DNA of 63,911 bases, the filler included, from Olpidium bornovanus S191 (taxonomy: Eukaryota > Fungi > Olpidiomycota), in NCBI GenBank assembly GCA_017911155.1. It is 28 parts of 28 records of this genome, joined end to end, with 100 filler letters (N's around TTAATTAATTAA, not from the genome) between each part and the next. Parts side by side here need not be neighbours in the genome. Positions count along the whole stretch, not along the records: positions 13,077 to 15,341 come from JAEFCI010005297.1; positions 15,442 to 17,240 come from JAEFCI010010361.1; positions 17,341 to 20,111 come from JAEFCI010004182.1; positions 20,212 to 21,472 come from JAEFCI010013143.1; positions 21,573 to 24,844 come from JAEFCI010000778.1; 23 more parts are not named here. One strand, given 5' to 3'. This document shows positions 13,219 through 24,264 of the stretch, one piece after another. The translations under genes and the position numbers were made by a program. Each line of letters begins with the position of its first letter. The first letter of the stretch is position 1. The notes below the pieces were generated by a model. The model did no database searches, was not told the origin of the DNA, and saw only the letters and a program-made list of their open reading frames with translations.

Positions 13219-14294
13219 TTATGCGACTCGTTTCCGCTTGATGACTGGATGTCCCTGGCCTTTCATGACCGTTGCTGCAAGCACCTGCCAATAGTTTCGT
13301 ACCACCGTGCAGTGCTCGATTTTGACAACTGCATAACTATGCTGCGGGGCACTGACCCAGTCTGCATGACTATCAAATGCAGACGGGTGCTTGTTCTGTT
13401 CTTCGTCCGAGAGCAGAGTCTCGATAGGCTCTTGCTTAGGGAGAAAACCATGGCTGCCCTCATCATTGATACGCTGAACTCCGAATGTGTTTTCCACGTC
13501 AACGGACCAAAGTGTCGGGAAAAAGTGATGCCGCCATCTGACATTCCCATGTCTTTTGCCAGTCCGGAAATTTCGGACGTCAACCGTTGCAAACTTTGCA
13601 CTACTAAAACTGTTTTGCTTTCGTCGAAGAGCGTGGTGTTTTCATTATTGATGCAATGCTGCGAGAGGGCGAAACGCCAGACATCTTTGTTGAGTCTCTC
13701 CCGGCCAGTGCTGCGGTGTACATCACAAAGGGAATTTGCACTCCTGAAGGCAACAGCACACTCATCTGGGGATGCTGCGCGGCGCATGCGAACAGCGGTT
13801 GCCACGTCAGTCGCGGAAGGAACAGGAGGAGGCGAAGTAGGAGGAAGAGCAGCAGAGAGAGGAAGAGAGGAGCGCGGAAGAGAAGAGGAGGGGGAAGGAG
13901 AACAAAGAACTAGTACAGGTGAGAGCGAAGCAGGAAAAGGAGATGAAGAAGGAGCCGGCGCAGATGAAAGAACGGGCGCACAGAGGCAGAGAAGGAACTG
14001 TCGTACGTGCGGGAGCGGATGCCGGCAGAACGAGCTGCATTCAGAAGCCGCGGAACTGGCCGTTACCCAAAGCCTTGTCGCTCTGCCGGTTGCCCGGGGA
14101 TGGCAAAGTTTCCCCCCCCTTTCTACGCGGACCACACACGCAAGATTTACGGGGTGGAGGTCAAGGCATCTACAATCCAGACAGCCGGGTGGGGGCAGTC
14201 TTGCTCGCTCCCGCGGCGACGCCTCCCCGGACCGCGGTGAACCTCCGGCACTGCGTGTTCCGGAAAGGAGATGTTTTTTTCCAGTCTTTGCCAA
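13219..14294 (-). CDS. Unidentified gene fragment with Ser/Pro-rich segment (strand and exon structure uncertain)
   Basis: Long open frames on both strands; no recognised domain. Confidence 0.25.
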
Positions 14295-15100
14295 AAACCG
14301 TCCTCACCGCGAAAATTTGCCTTTCGCAAATTGAAGAGCATCTTAGATAACTAACCAATCGCAAGCAGACTAGACGTAACGCTGTATCAATACAAGTCAC
14401 TTGTCAGACGGGAGTACGGTTCGGGCCCGCCGCGCGAGCCGGCATAGAAAGTTCTGATCAGGATCCAAAACGGAGAATACAGGGGCTGCTGCGCGTCGCC
14501 TTTACCATTAAGTAGTACATTCTCTACACCCCGGTACTTCCCCTCCCCGCTTCCCCCCCCTGGTGGCCCTCTCCGCCCCCCTCTCCCCATTCACGCGCAA
14601 CACGCGCACACGCGCGCGCAAACTGTCGCGACCGGCCCACCCCCGGCCCTCCATGAAGCCTCTTGCTGTTTCCAGGAAACAGCCCTTCTTTCCCCTCTGA
14701 AGATCGGATCTCAGATCACTAATCCCCCCCCCCCCTTCCCACCCACTTGCCCCGCACTCCCCTGCCGGTGCAGGAAAACCCTTCCCCTGACCAAGGCCAC
14801 TTAATCTGACCACCGGATCGGGGGGAGTGGGGGTGGAAGGGGCCAAGTCACCAGAAGTTACCGGCGAGCGCCCGCTGGCGACTGCGGGCAGGCGAAAGGT
14901 ATAAGGGTAGTGGTGTCGCAGCGATGGTTTGAAATGACGACGGGAGGGTGAGGGAGGAGGAAAACCGGCAGTCGGGAAGGCAAAAGAAACAAAAAAAAAA
15001 ATAAAACAAAATTTCATCACCAGCGGTGTAATAAAGTTTTCCGGGCAAAAACTCTTAAGTCCCGCAAAAAACTTGCCAGAGATAAAAATAAAAAAAGATA

Positions 15101-15281
15101 ATGATTACCGTTCAGGCCCCTCCGAAACATCCTGGCGTCCCAGCCTCTGCGGCCGCCAAGGAAGGCCCCCGGCCGGGCGGCGCGCAGGATCAGATCGAGG
15201 ACGCCAAGCAATACCTCGAAAAGCACAAGATTCCCCTGCTGATGGAAAAGCTGACTGCGGCGATCCTGGTGGAGCGGCCCG
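15101..15281 (+). CDS. EFCAB10-like protein with RIIa/Dpy-30-type dimerisation-docking helix pair, 5' exon
   Basis: AKQYLEKHKIPLLMEKLTAAILVERP followed by GTGAG donor; resembles EFCAB10 (YLEKH-x-I..LTSALLFFRP). Confidence 0.65.
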
Positions 15282-15304
15282 GTGAGAGGAGGAGGGGGCT
15301 TCTA

Positions 15305-15341
<37 letters not shown>

Positions 15342-15911
15342 NNNNNNNNNNNNNNNNNNNNNNNNNNNNNNNNNNNNNNNNNNNNTTAATTAATTAANNN
15401 NNNNNNNNNNNNNNNNNNNNNNNNNNNNNNNNNNNNNNNNNCATGCCGGTGCAGATTGTTAGACTAAAGCCAAAGGCTATCGCGAGAGTGAATTGTGCGA
15501 CTAAAAAGAATTCGACACACGTGCGCCGCCACGGTCGACAGTACTGGAACACCACCTCGTCGTTCGCGTTGTCGCTGCGCGGCCGTGTCTTCCGGAAATG
15601 ACACTGTCCCGTGCTCATCCTAGCGTGAAACGGAATGGACGCTTCTCTATTGTTAAAAACATTATCGCGCCCGCCGTTCACAACCGCGGTCCCAACCGCG
15701 GTGAGGAAGAAACTGGGCGTTCCGCCGAAGGTTTGCAAGATTTCAGTCACAGAGGTCCGTTAAGGAGTTTCCAGTTCTGTGTGCCGCACGCAAATCTGGA
15801 ACCCCACCTCGAGAGTGCGCGCGCAGGCAGGGTGGTTGCCGAACTTCTGATCCACATCCAGACGAAGCTGTGCCACGTGTACCTCTGGACCGGGTCGCAG
15901 ATTCCCCGGGG

Positions 15912-16830
15912 TCACTCCGAGTCGACCGAAAATTCCGCTTCCACGAATTCTTCGAACTCGCGAAGCCGGTCAGCGTCCGCTTCGATGTTGTGCATCCATG
16001 CGGACAGGAGGACCACGGCGTCCTGCCGTTCCGTGGACGCTAGGAGAGGCAGGGACTGCACAATGCGACGTTTGAGCTTCAGGTCGGACTCGTGCATCTC
16101 GACAAACGCTTCTGCTCTGGAGCCTGGTGAAACTCGCCAGCAGGTGCACGTTTGGGTCGACTGAGCTTTGGATACCGAGTGGGACCGCCCTTCGCGCGGA
16201 TTCGGGAAGTTTGGGCACTTACATAGCTTTGGAAAGGTGGCCGTCCGCGAGATCGGAGTCTTGGCGGCAAAATCAGCGGAAAAAGAATTCCGCGCCTCGG
16301 CGCAGAGCGTTTCGGCCATGTCTTCAAACCTGCTGCGCATTTTCCCCACTTGCACTTCCTTGTTTTCGGGACGTGGAACCCGCCCGCCGAAACAAGAATC
16401 GGACCCCCCCCACAACTCCGTCGGTTAAAACTGCAATGGGAAAAAAAAAACTCGCGCTGCCTTATCCGATTCTGAGATCCCTGGTACTGACCATTTTCTC
16501 AACGATGCGTTGCAAATCAGCAAGGGACGCCGCGCACTCTTCAAACCAGTGATCGCGGTACCGTCCGCCGATCCCGATGAAGGAAAGCTCCTCCAAATCC
16601 CCGGAGTCCGACAACGGTCGCCGACCGCCGGAGTCCCCCGCGGTCATCATCCGGGCGATTTCATTCGGCCAGTAGGACTTGTGCTCCGCGTAACCTTCCT
16701 GTAGCCGCGCGTTGACCAGAGAGTTGGCGACCGCGACGCCGGACTCCGACAGCGACTCGTACCGTCTAGACCGCGTCTGGAGGTCCTGCAGAATCGAGAG
16801 CGCGCGGCGCTGGAAGGACCCGAGGCTCAT
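15912..16830 (-). CDS. CINP: CINP-like protein (CDK2-interacting protein), spliced
   Basis: YESLSESGVAVANSLVNARL (cf. CINP WETLNDAGFTTANNIANLK); EMHESDLKLKRRIVQSL..LLSAWMHN (cf. EMYRKELLLKRTVAKEL..YLSMWLHQ). Confidence 0.7.
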
Positions 16831-19816
16831 TTGCAGGCTTTCCCCCGTGAATTCGGCGACCGGGCAAGTTCTACACGGCGCCGGTAGTGGCTTGTCAGCT
16901 TTGCGGATCCCGAAACCTCCCCGCCCCCGACAAGGTAAGCAGGATGAGCGCGCGCGCACCTTGGAGGCGCGCCCTCGACGGCCTAATTTCCGACGACGAG
17001 ACGCGCACTTGCAAGAGGGGCAACGCTCGAGGCGGGGCGCGGGAGGGCGCCTCCCGACGACGGAGGGATTACAAAGGCTGGGGACGATGAACGGTGCAAG
17101 CGGAAGGGGGGGAAACGCGGCCGGCCGCACTTGGTCGGAACCCCTGAATGTTTGCCGCTTTGCAGGAGCGCGGCCCCCAAGCCTGCACCCGCGCCCAATC
17201 CGCCCAAATCAACAACACCGAAAGAGGATTTAGAAACATGNNNNNNNNNNNNNNNNNNNNNNNNNNNNNNNNNNNNNNNNNNNNTTAATTAATTAANNNN
17301 NNNNNNNNNNNNNNNNNNNNNNNNNNNNNNNNNNNNNNNNCATGTATGCCAAGGTAGCCTGAAACCTGTTCCGCGATGCACCCAGAAACACCCAGAGTCT
17401 ACACAGCCAATACAGCCGTGACGGCCCACCCGTCGACTGCGCGCAATTGGCCACATCTCCGCACGTTTGATTATCAACCATTTTATCCTAATTGCAAGTC
17501 AGCCCCAAGATCCAACCGCTGGTCACGTGAAGAGCACGGCGTATTGGGAACAGTGCAAAGTTGCACAATAAAGAGCCCAAAACAACAGCGACCGGCCGTT
17601 GGGCCAAAGTCCCCAATTCCCACCGGTTTCTTTGATGATCAGCAATTGATATCTCTCTCGCGATATAGTATGGAGTTTGGGAGATCAGTACTTCACCGAG
17701 AAAAAGGGGCCTCGGGGCGGCGACTGTTAGGAAAAGCACGCGGCCGCGCATCTTCAGCCGCAGAGACGACCGCCCGTCAACCAATGGTCTCGGGCTCGGA
17801 CGAAAAGGTCGATTTTTTCTATGTCTGCCGCGACCGGCACACACGCGGCAACGGCCGCTCTCATCTTTCGAGGGTTCCGTTTATGGGCAGAAAAATGCGC
17901 GAGCCCCTGTGCGTGTCGTACGGTAGGACTTCTGGGCGGCTTCCAACCAGCAGTTCCTTTTGATGATATTTTTGTCTGTTACAATGAATGGCTGTTAAAC
18001 GCATATAACATTTTTTTCTATCTCACATTTTCCGTCTGCTCTCCTTGCTGTGATTCGACAATTTTTGCCCTTCATTAATATTTCCAGTTGGGGTTGAATC
18101 ATTATGAATATCTAGAAAGATTTCAGATACACTGAATTTCCGAGGATTTTCACAATGATATTTCAACTCTAAAGTATTCGAAAAATTCTACGTCAATTAT
18201 ATCAGGCGGACACCTTATATGCAGTGAGGATCCAGGCAACGTTTTGTTGTTATAGGTAAACGCTTTATATTAGGCGGATTTTGGCTGGCAAATTCGTAAG
18301 ACCGGAAAATGGCCTGTTAATATGAGATTCTGTTATACCAGAGGCTTGTTACAAGGGGAATCAACTGCAGAGGCGGCAACGCGGGGCAGTTCGTGTGCCA
18401 ACCGCCACGCGACGGCCAGTTTTTGGTCGCTCTGGTCCCCCCCCTACGGCGCCGACTGCAATGTCCTGCGTACATAGGTCAAAGGCCGGAGGGAAACGGG
18501 GTATGTCGCACGCCCGGGTCACCGCCTTACCTTCCTCCAACTTGCCGACGTTATTGGGCGCCAGCGTGACGGAGCCACAGTCCGAGGTAGCCCAAAGAAG
18601 CAGGATTCTTAAAGTGGACTCGATGCAAGCGAATCATTTTCAATTCAAGGCAGCTCCTGACGCTAAGCCTTGGTTATCTGCGATGTTGTGCCTTCAGTGA
18701 GCACAAGAGGGCCAGCGGGGCGCGGCAGCATTCTTGACGGCGCCGAGTGGTAACCGCAAACCCTCCGGCCTGACGTCCTTGACCAGTAGAACCTTTTACA
18801 GCTAAGTCAATCGCTTCGCTTCACCAACCTGTGGGCGATCACGCCCCTCACCCTCCTTCAACGCCGGCAAACGTCGCAGCCGCGAATGGCGCCGGCACCG
18901 CAGTGCGATGGGGCAATCCAGAAAGCCAGTTTGCAACTGGCGGCCAGGAGTTGGTGCTTTCCGCAGACGAAGGCCGGCATCCTCAGTTAGCGCGCCATCC
19001 AGCTTCTCTGTGCTTGGAGAAGCCCCTTGCGGACAAGGTAATCCCACTTTTCGATCGTCCAAAGAACGTCGGAATCACCGGCTCCGTCTCGACGCGCAGC
19101 GGACTGGCCCGCGGCTGTGGGCTGTCGAACGACAGACGGCGGAAGTCGTAATCGATGGGCGTTTGGGCGCTACCGGTGTCGAAGAGGGGCAGCGGGACGG
19201 GGCGCCGAAGGTCGAATACACGGACGAAACTCCCGGGTGTGGGGGTGGAAAAGAAGCCGCGGAGTGCCTCCCGAGGTTCGCGGTTGCAGTAGACAAGCAC
19301 CTTTCGCGTTTTGGGCCCCCTCCGGTTCTTCTTTGGGCGAACAAAAAACGTGACTGACATCCCGCGCCATGGTCAGCCTTTTCGTCTCACCTTCCTTCCC
19401 GCGCCTGGTTGTTCGTTGGGGAAAGGGGAAGGCGAAGACCCGGGGGCGGGTTTGCGGGGGAGCGAACCGCGGGGACGTGAAACTGGACGACGGGGAGCGC
19501 GCCGCCCGCTCGCTTGCTTGTCAGGCGAACACGAACGTTACGAGCGTTACCCTGGTTACCCCGCACCCCAAAACGAGAGAGAATCCGGACGAGGCTCGAG
19601 ATCTGGATTCCCAATCCTCCCGCCGAACCACTCCTTCGACCTATTTTTGTGCGGCAAAAGGGACGCAGCCCTCGCCGGCACGTCTGAATCAGTCCCGCCC
19701 CCTCGCCGCCCTGTTCCCGCCCTCCAATTCCGTCGAGGCTCTTTCGGGAGGCGTTGAGAAAGACCCTGCCCAGATTTTTTTTTTTTTTTTTTGTTTTTTT
19801 TTTCCCCCGCGAAACA

Positions 19817-20092
19817 ATGCGGAACCGCGTCGAAGAGCTCCAGGCGCTGCTGCCGTTCCTGCCGGGGTACAACTTCAAGGGCGCTTCTGCGTTCGCGCCG
19901 CACAATCACCACAAATCCCACCCGTTCGACTACTGCAACGACGTGCCCGTGTTTCGAGAGGAGCGCCCGGGCATCGGGGGTAAGCCGCTTCCGGGGCAGC
20001 TCGAACAGAAGATCAAAACCAGCGCCGAAGTCTACCCGAAAGACACCTCCCTGGGCGAAGCTGTGCCGGCTTGGATCGCCTTCAACCGCCAG
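19817..20092 (+). CDS. EFHC2: EFHC2/EFHC1 (Rib72) axonemal inner protein, first exon
   Basis: LPFLPGYNF..HKSHPFDYCNDV..ERPGIGGKPLPGQ..VYPK..VPAWIAFNRQ|V closely follows the EFHC2 N-terminus; GTACAG donor. Confidence 0.88.
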
Positions 20093-20211
20093 GTACAGAG
20101 ACGCAGGGCGGNNNNNNNNNNNNNNNNNNNNNNNNNNNNNNNNNNNNNNNNNNNNTTAATTAATTAANNNNNNNNNNNNNNNNNNNNNNNNNNNNNNNNN
20201 NNNNNNNNNNN

Positions 20212-20322
20212 AGCTACCGTAGCACTGCGCGCACTCGCCCGGAGATTTTCCCCTCTACATAAACCCGGCAGATCGGCGGAATAAAGAAGCTTTTCGAGCT
20301 CCTCTCAAAACTCGTATTCGAA
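20212..20322. repeat. Dispersed ~105-bp repeat, copy 1 (copy 2 at 42661-42770)
   Basis: 11 differences over 104 aligned nt between the two copies, on different contigs. Confidence 0.85.
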
Positions 20323-20323
20323 A

Positions 20324-20369
<46 letters not shown>

Positions 20370-20483
20370 ACCACCCCCCCGGGCGTTTTTATCAGACTTC
20401 CGGGGCCGGGTGCGTTCCCCACTCGCAGCCTGAGATACCGTTTCTTTGCCGAAAAAAAAAAAAAAATTGGCTCGTCGGCGCAG

Positions 20484-21118
20484 GTCGGTCACATCGAGGA
20501 CATCGTCGTCGATAACGCCGCCCGGGGCAAGAATTTCGGGCTCTGGTACGTTTCGGCCCGCCAAATTTTGAGTTTGACGGTGGGAGTCCCCGCGTCTTCC
20601 GCCCGTGTTTTTTTTTTTTTTTTTTTTTTTTTTTCCGCCCTTCTCCCCCCCCCCATTTTTCCCTCGCGGTAAACCGAGGTCGAAGGGGGACGGTTCGCGG
20701 CCCTGACGCGGACGAAAAACTTCCTTTCACCCGTCGCCGCTTCAGGATCATCGAGGGCCTGAAGTACATCGGCGCCAAGAACGGGTGCTACAAAGGTCGG
20801 GGTGTTTTTTTTTTTTTTGCTTTTTTATTTTTTTTTTTTTTTATGGTCGAGTCACGAAATCACCGCGGGGTTTCGGGTCGGGGGGGGGGGGTTGTCCGGT
20901 TGTTCGAATGTTTACCGAATCGTCGACCCGAATCTTTCCCTCGTCGGTTAGTCATTCTCGACTGTTCGGAAAAGGTTCGCGCCCGGGGGGGTGAAGGCAA
21001 AAAAAATCATCAGGGCCGTGCCGCGTTCGGAGTCATCGTTTGGCGGGAAACTCCCACGTGCTGCTGTTCTGCGCGTCGACACCGCTGACCTGATATGCAA
21101 AATCCCAACCACGATTCT

Positions 21119-21163
<45 letters not shown>

Positions 21164-21472
21164 TTCCCCCCCCCCCCCTCCCACCCTCTCACCACCCCTC
21201 GACGTCTTTCTTTTCCGGGACCCGCAGAACGTGCCGTTTTACATAAAATGCGGGTGCGTGCCGCCCTGCCGTTTTGTTTTTTTCCCTGGTGTGCGTGCGT
21301 GCGTGCGTGCGTGCGGAAAGGGTAGGGAGGGGAGGGAGAGAAGAGGAACCGTACGCTGTTCGAGGGTGTTTCCTGACCGAACGCCCTCTTCGGCGACCCG
21401 TGTCTGTTTGATTGCGTCACCAGCTTCGCTCGCAAGGAGGTGGAGATGGCGTGGTACGTCCCTGAAGACATG
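20484..21472 (+). CDS. GNA1: Glucosamine-6-phosphate N-acetyltransferase, 3' half in five exons
   Basis: VGHIEDIVVDNAARGKNFGLW (20484-20545) | IIEGLKYIGAKNGCYK (20746-20795) | VILDCSEK (20952-20974) | NVPFYIKCG (21228-21253) | FARKEVEMAWY (from 21424); all GT-AG and in phase. Confidence 0.93.
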
Positions 21473-21572
21473 NNNNNNNNNNNNNNNNNNNNNNNNNNNN
21501 NNNNNNNNNNNNNNNNTTAATTAATTAANNNNNNNNNNNNNNNNNNNNNNNNNNNNNNNNNNNNNNNNNNNN

Positions 21573-23004
21573 CATGAGGCCGCTCCTGACAACGTGGCGC
21601 CTCTGCGTTCCGCGACGTCGCGTCAGCAAAGTATACGAGGGCGGCCTCGGACGCCCCGCCCGAACACGGGTCGTCTCCTGAGACACAGGACTTCCGGGCA
21701 CTGGCCCGCGGTCAAAAAACAAAACGTCCGCACCTTCTCTCCCTTGAGGAGAGCGTCACGCTTGCCGCGAGACAGTCCTGCGACGTTCAGTAGCTTCGTG
21801 CCGTTGACCATGTTGTTGTCTGCGACAGGTTCCGGCCCCTCTCCGTGAGATACCGGCCGGGATAAACGGCGGACCGCTCCCCTTCTCCCACCGCACCTTT
21901 TCTGCGGGCAACACATATGCCCCGCGCGACAACCTGGTAGCACGTCGTGGATCCTTCCTCCCAGAAGGAGGTCGTCAATTTCCGCCGCGGCCTCGTCGGG
22001 TGAAAACTCGCGCAGCAAGTCGGAAGCCGGCCAATGCCGACCTGCTGCAGACCTTGCGGCTGCCCGCCCGCGGCCTGTTGCAGCGGCGACGCCTGGTGCG
22101 GTTGATATCTGTTGTGCGCCGGCTGCCCGTGCACAAACGCGAGCGCACGGACGTCCGCCGGCGGCGGCCGCGGCGCGGAACAAGGAACCTCGAGACCAAA
22201 GAACTGGGAGGCGGGGACCGGGTTTCTGTCGAACTGAGCGCCGCCGGCGGCGCCGTCCGGTTGCGCGGCGGCGGGCCAGGACGGGAATTGGGAGGTTTCC
22301 ACGGGCGGGGTGGGCCACGCGTAGAAGCCGGCGTCTCCGCCGCCGGCCCGCAGAAACGCGGCAAAGTACCGCTGGTGCTGATAGTCGTCGCGATACGGAC
22401 CCTGGTGGCAGGCGAACGGGAGATCGGTCGGCCGCCGGGCTCTCCGAAAGACCTGGGCGGGGGGCGGCGGGGGCGCGGCCGCGTGGCAGGCGAACGGGAG
22501 ATCGGTCGGCCGCCGGGCTCTCCGAGAGACCTGGGCGGGGGGAGGCTGGGGCGCGGGCGCCGCCATGCCGCCGAAGTCGCCGGCGAACGCGCCGGCGGGG
22601 GCGTCCTCCGGCCAGGTCCCGGCAGCCAGGCCTGCGCCGCAGGGGCCGCCGGCGCCCTGCGGGGCGGTCCCGCGGACAGGCGCCGGGGCAAACCCGGCGC
22701 CGGCGTCGGCTGGCGCGTAGAGGGAAAGACCGAGCGGCCCGACTAGCGGAGCAACGTTGGCTTGAGGACGCTGCGGGGCGAGCGTAGACAACGAGGGCAG
22801 CTGCGGCGGCGACGGCAGCGGCGTGAGGGTGCCGTACGGGGAGACGGCGGCGGCGGCGGCCGGCGTCGGAGCGGGCCAGTGGCGGGGCGGCGGCGCGCGG
22901 TCCGCAAAGACGACGAAGGCGTTTGAAGTGGCGGTTTCGCGGCAGCGGTCGCAAAGCCGGAAGGAGGCGGAGGGGGAGAGGGCGGCAGCAGGGAAAGTGG
23001 ACAT
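21573..23004 (-). CDS. stuA: StuA/Sok2/Phd1-type APSES transcription factor, spliced, 3' truncated
   Basis: RKLTTSFWEEGSTTCYQVVARGICVARRK | DNNMVNGTKLLNVAGLSRGKRDALLKGEK | RRHVVRSGLM; Pro/Ala-rich N-terminus. Confidence 0.92.
22404..22545. repeat. In-frame ~78-bp tandem duplication in the APSES gene N-terminal region
   Basis: Two copies encoding AQV(S/F)RRARRPTDLPFACH. Confidence 0.85.
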
Positions 23005-23218
23005 TTGCTGGGGTCGGTGCGGCGGCGGCGGCGGCGGTTAACGCTGGTGCTGCGGGGGGGCAAAGGCGCGCCGGGGAGAGAAAACGGGGGGAGAGAGGAG
23101 GAGGCGCGAGGAGAAGGAGGAGGGAGAAGAGGAGGAAGGAAAGGGGGCGGAGACCTGCGTCAATGTTCTTCCATTGAGCGCGCCCGCCGGGGAGTGTGTG
23201 TATGTGTGGGTGCGTGCG

Positions 23219-23258
23219 GGGGTGCGGGGGTGCGGGGGTGCGGGGGTGCGGGGGGGTT
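23219..23258 (+). repeat. (GGGGGTGC)n microsatellite, G-quadruplex-capable, upstream of the APSES gene
   Basis: About four tandem GGGGGTGC units. Confidence 0.8.
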
Positions 23259-23335
23259 GCGCGCTCGCGGGAGGGGAAAGGGAAGCGAGACTCGCGCGAG
23301 CGCGTTTTTTTTCCCTTTTTTTTTTTTTTTTTTTT

Positions 23336-23402
23336 GAGTATACAGATTTTAGTTCGTACCAATTCACAAGAACTCAAAGGCTACGAACTCAAGCAAAAAA
23401 AT
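23336..23402 (+). repeat. Small dispersed element, copy 1 (copy 2 inverted at ~52292-52359)
   Basis: TGAGTATACAGATTTTAGTTC..GGCTACGAACTCAAGCAAAAAAA, 2 mismatches between copies, bounded by T and A runs. Confidence 0.85.
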
Positions 23403-23658
23403 GTGCATCTATGTACAAGGCGCGCATCACATGTCTACACGCGTCAATTTTTTCCGATAAAAAGGTGGTATGATACTATGAAGTTTCGAGAGTGCTAACA
23501 ATTTCTAACGGTAAGGATAATCGTTGCGCAGGTGTCATCCATTGCTGTCATGAGCCCTCTGTGTGGTATGAAAGGGCCTGGTAAAATCCGCGTGCTGGAT
23601 TACTAGCAAATCGGTGCACGATTCTGCTGTTGCCTCGTCCAATCTCCAATTTGCAGAC

Positions 23659-24263
23659 TGTACATGATGGAAGCTTGCCTCGTGTTATGGGTGTGGTGTG
23701 TCCGGCGAAGGGTCCTTGTGTTTATTAGAAGAGGGGGGCCACCAGGGGGTTTACGTACAGGGGCCCCCCTCGATTGGAGCCCAACAATAAAGAGAGCGGG
23801 GCGGTACATCGAGCTCTAGTGGTGGATATCGAAGTCGGGCAAAAGCATTGGGATCGAACGAAGGGCTTCGAGGTCAAGCGAGAGATCTCGGGGTCGAACG
23901 GAAGCGTCGAGAGCGAACGGAAAGCCTTGAGATCAAACGGGAGGCATCGGGGTCGAACGGTGCATCGATAGAAGGCGATGCGTTGGGCGGAGGAATGAGG
24001 GAATAATAGAGTGTCCACTACACTCGCATTTTAACAATCTGCACTGATATGCCTGTGGGGTACTTTGTTTTCTTTTTCGTCTTCCTCACAGGCAGCAACT
24101 CGACCTTAAATTCTTCAGCAGTCTTCACAAGTACAGTCTTCTTAAGTTTGGTCGTCACAGGTTTGGCTTTCACGGGTTTGGTCTCCACAGCAGGTACAGC
24201 CTCCACAGGTTTGGCCTCTACAAGTGATGTTTTCACAGGTTCGCTGTTTCCAGTAGGTTCCAT
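23659..24263 (-). mobile_element. Probable 3' end of an LTR element: ORF remnant, polypurine tract and ~101-bp LTR (23659-23759)
   Basis: On the minus strand GAGGGGGG precedes TGTACG..AATAAA..TGTACA; Lys/Val-rich ORF remnant at 24018-24263. Confidence 0.5.
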
Positions 24264-24264
24264 T

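Noticed and set aside
17341-18330. Lower-GC stretch as foreign or viral DNA
   Set aside because: No recognisable viral or bacterial ORF; the region has splice-like signals consistent with an unidentified host gene.
20484-20545. Apparent frameshift in the GNA1 exon
   Set aside because: Re-reading gives GAT AAC GCC GCC CGG GGC AAG, which is in frame.
21623-23377. Many long Arg/Pro/Ala/Gly-rich ORFs in the track (e.g. 584 aa here, 528 aa at 38535-40121, 414 aa at 36675-37919)
   Set aside because: Shadow frames of real genes in high-GC DNA; several also run through linkers or homopolymers.
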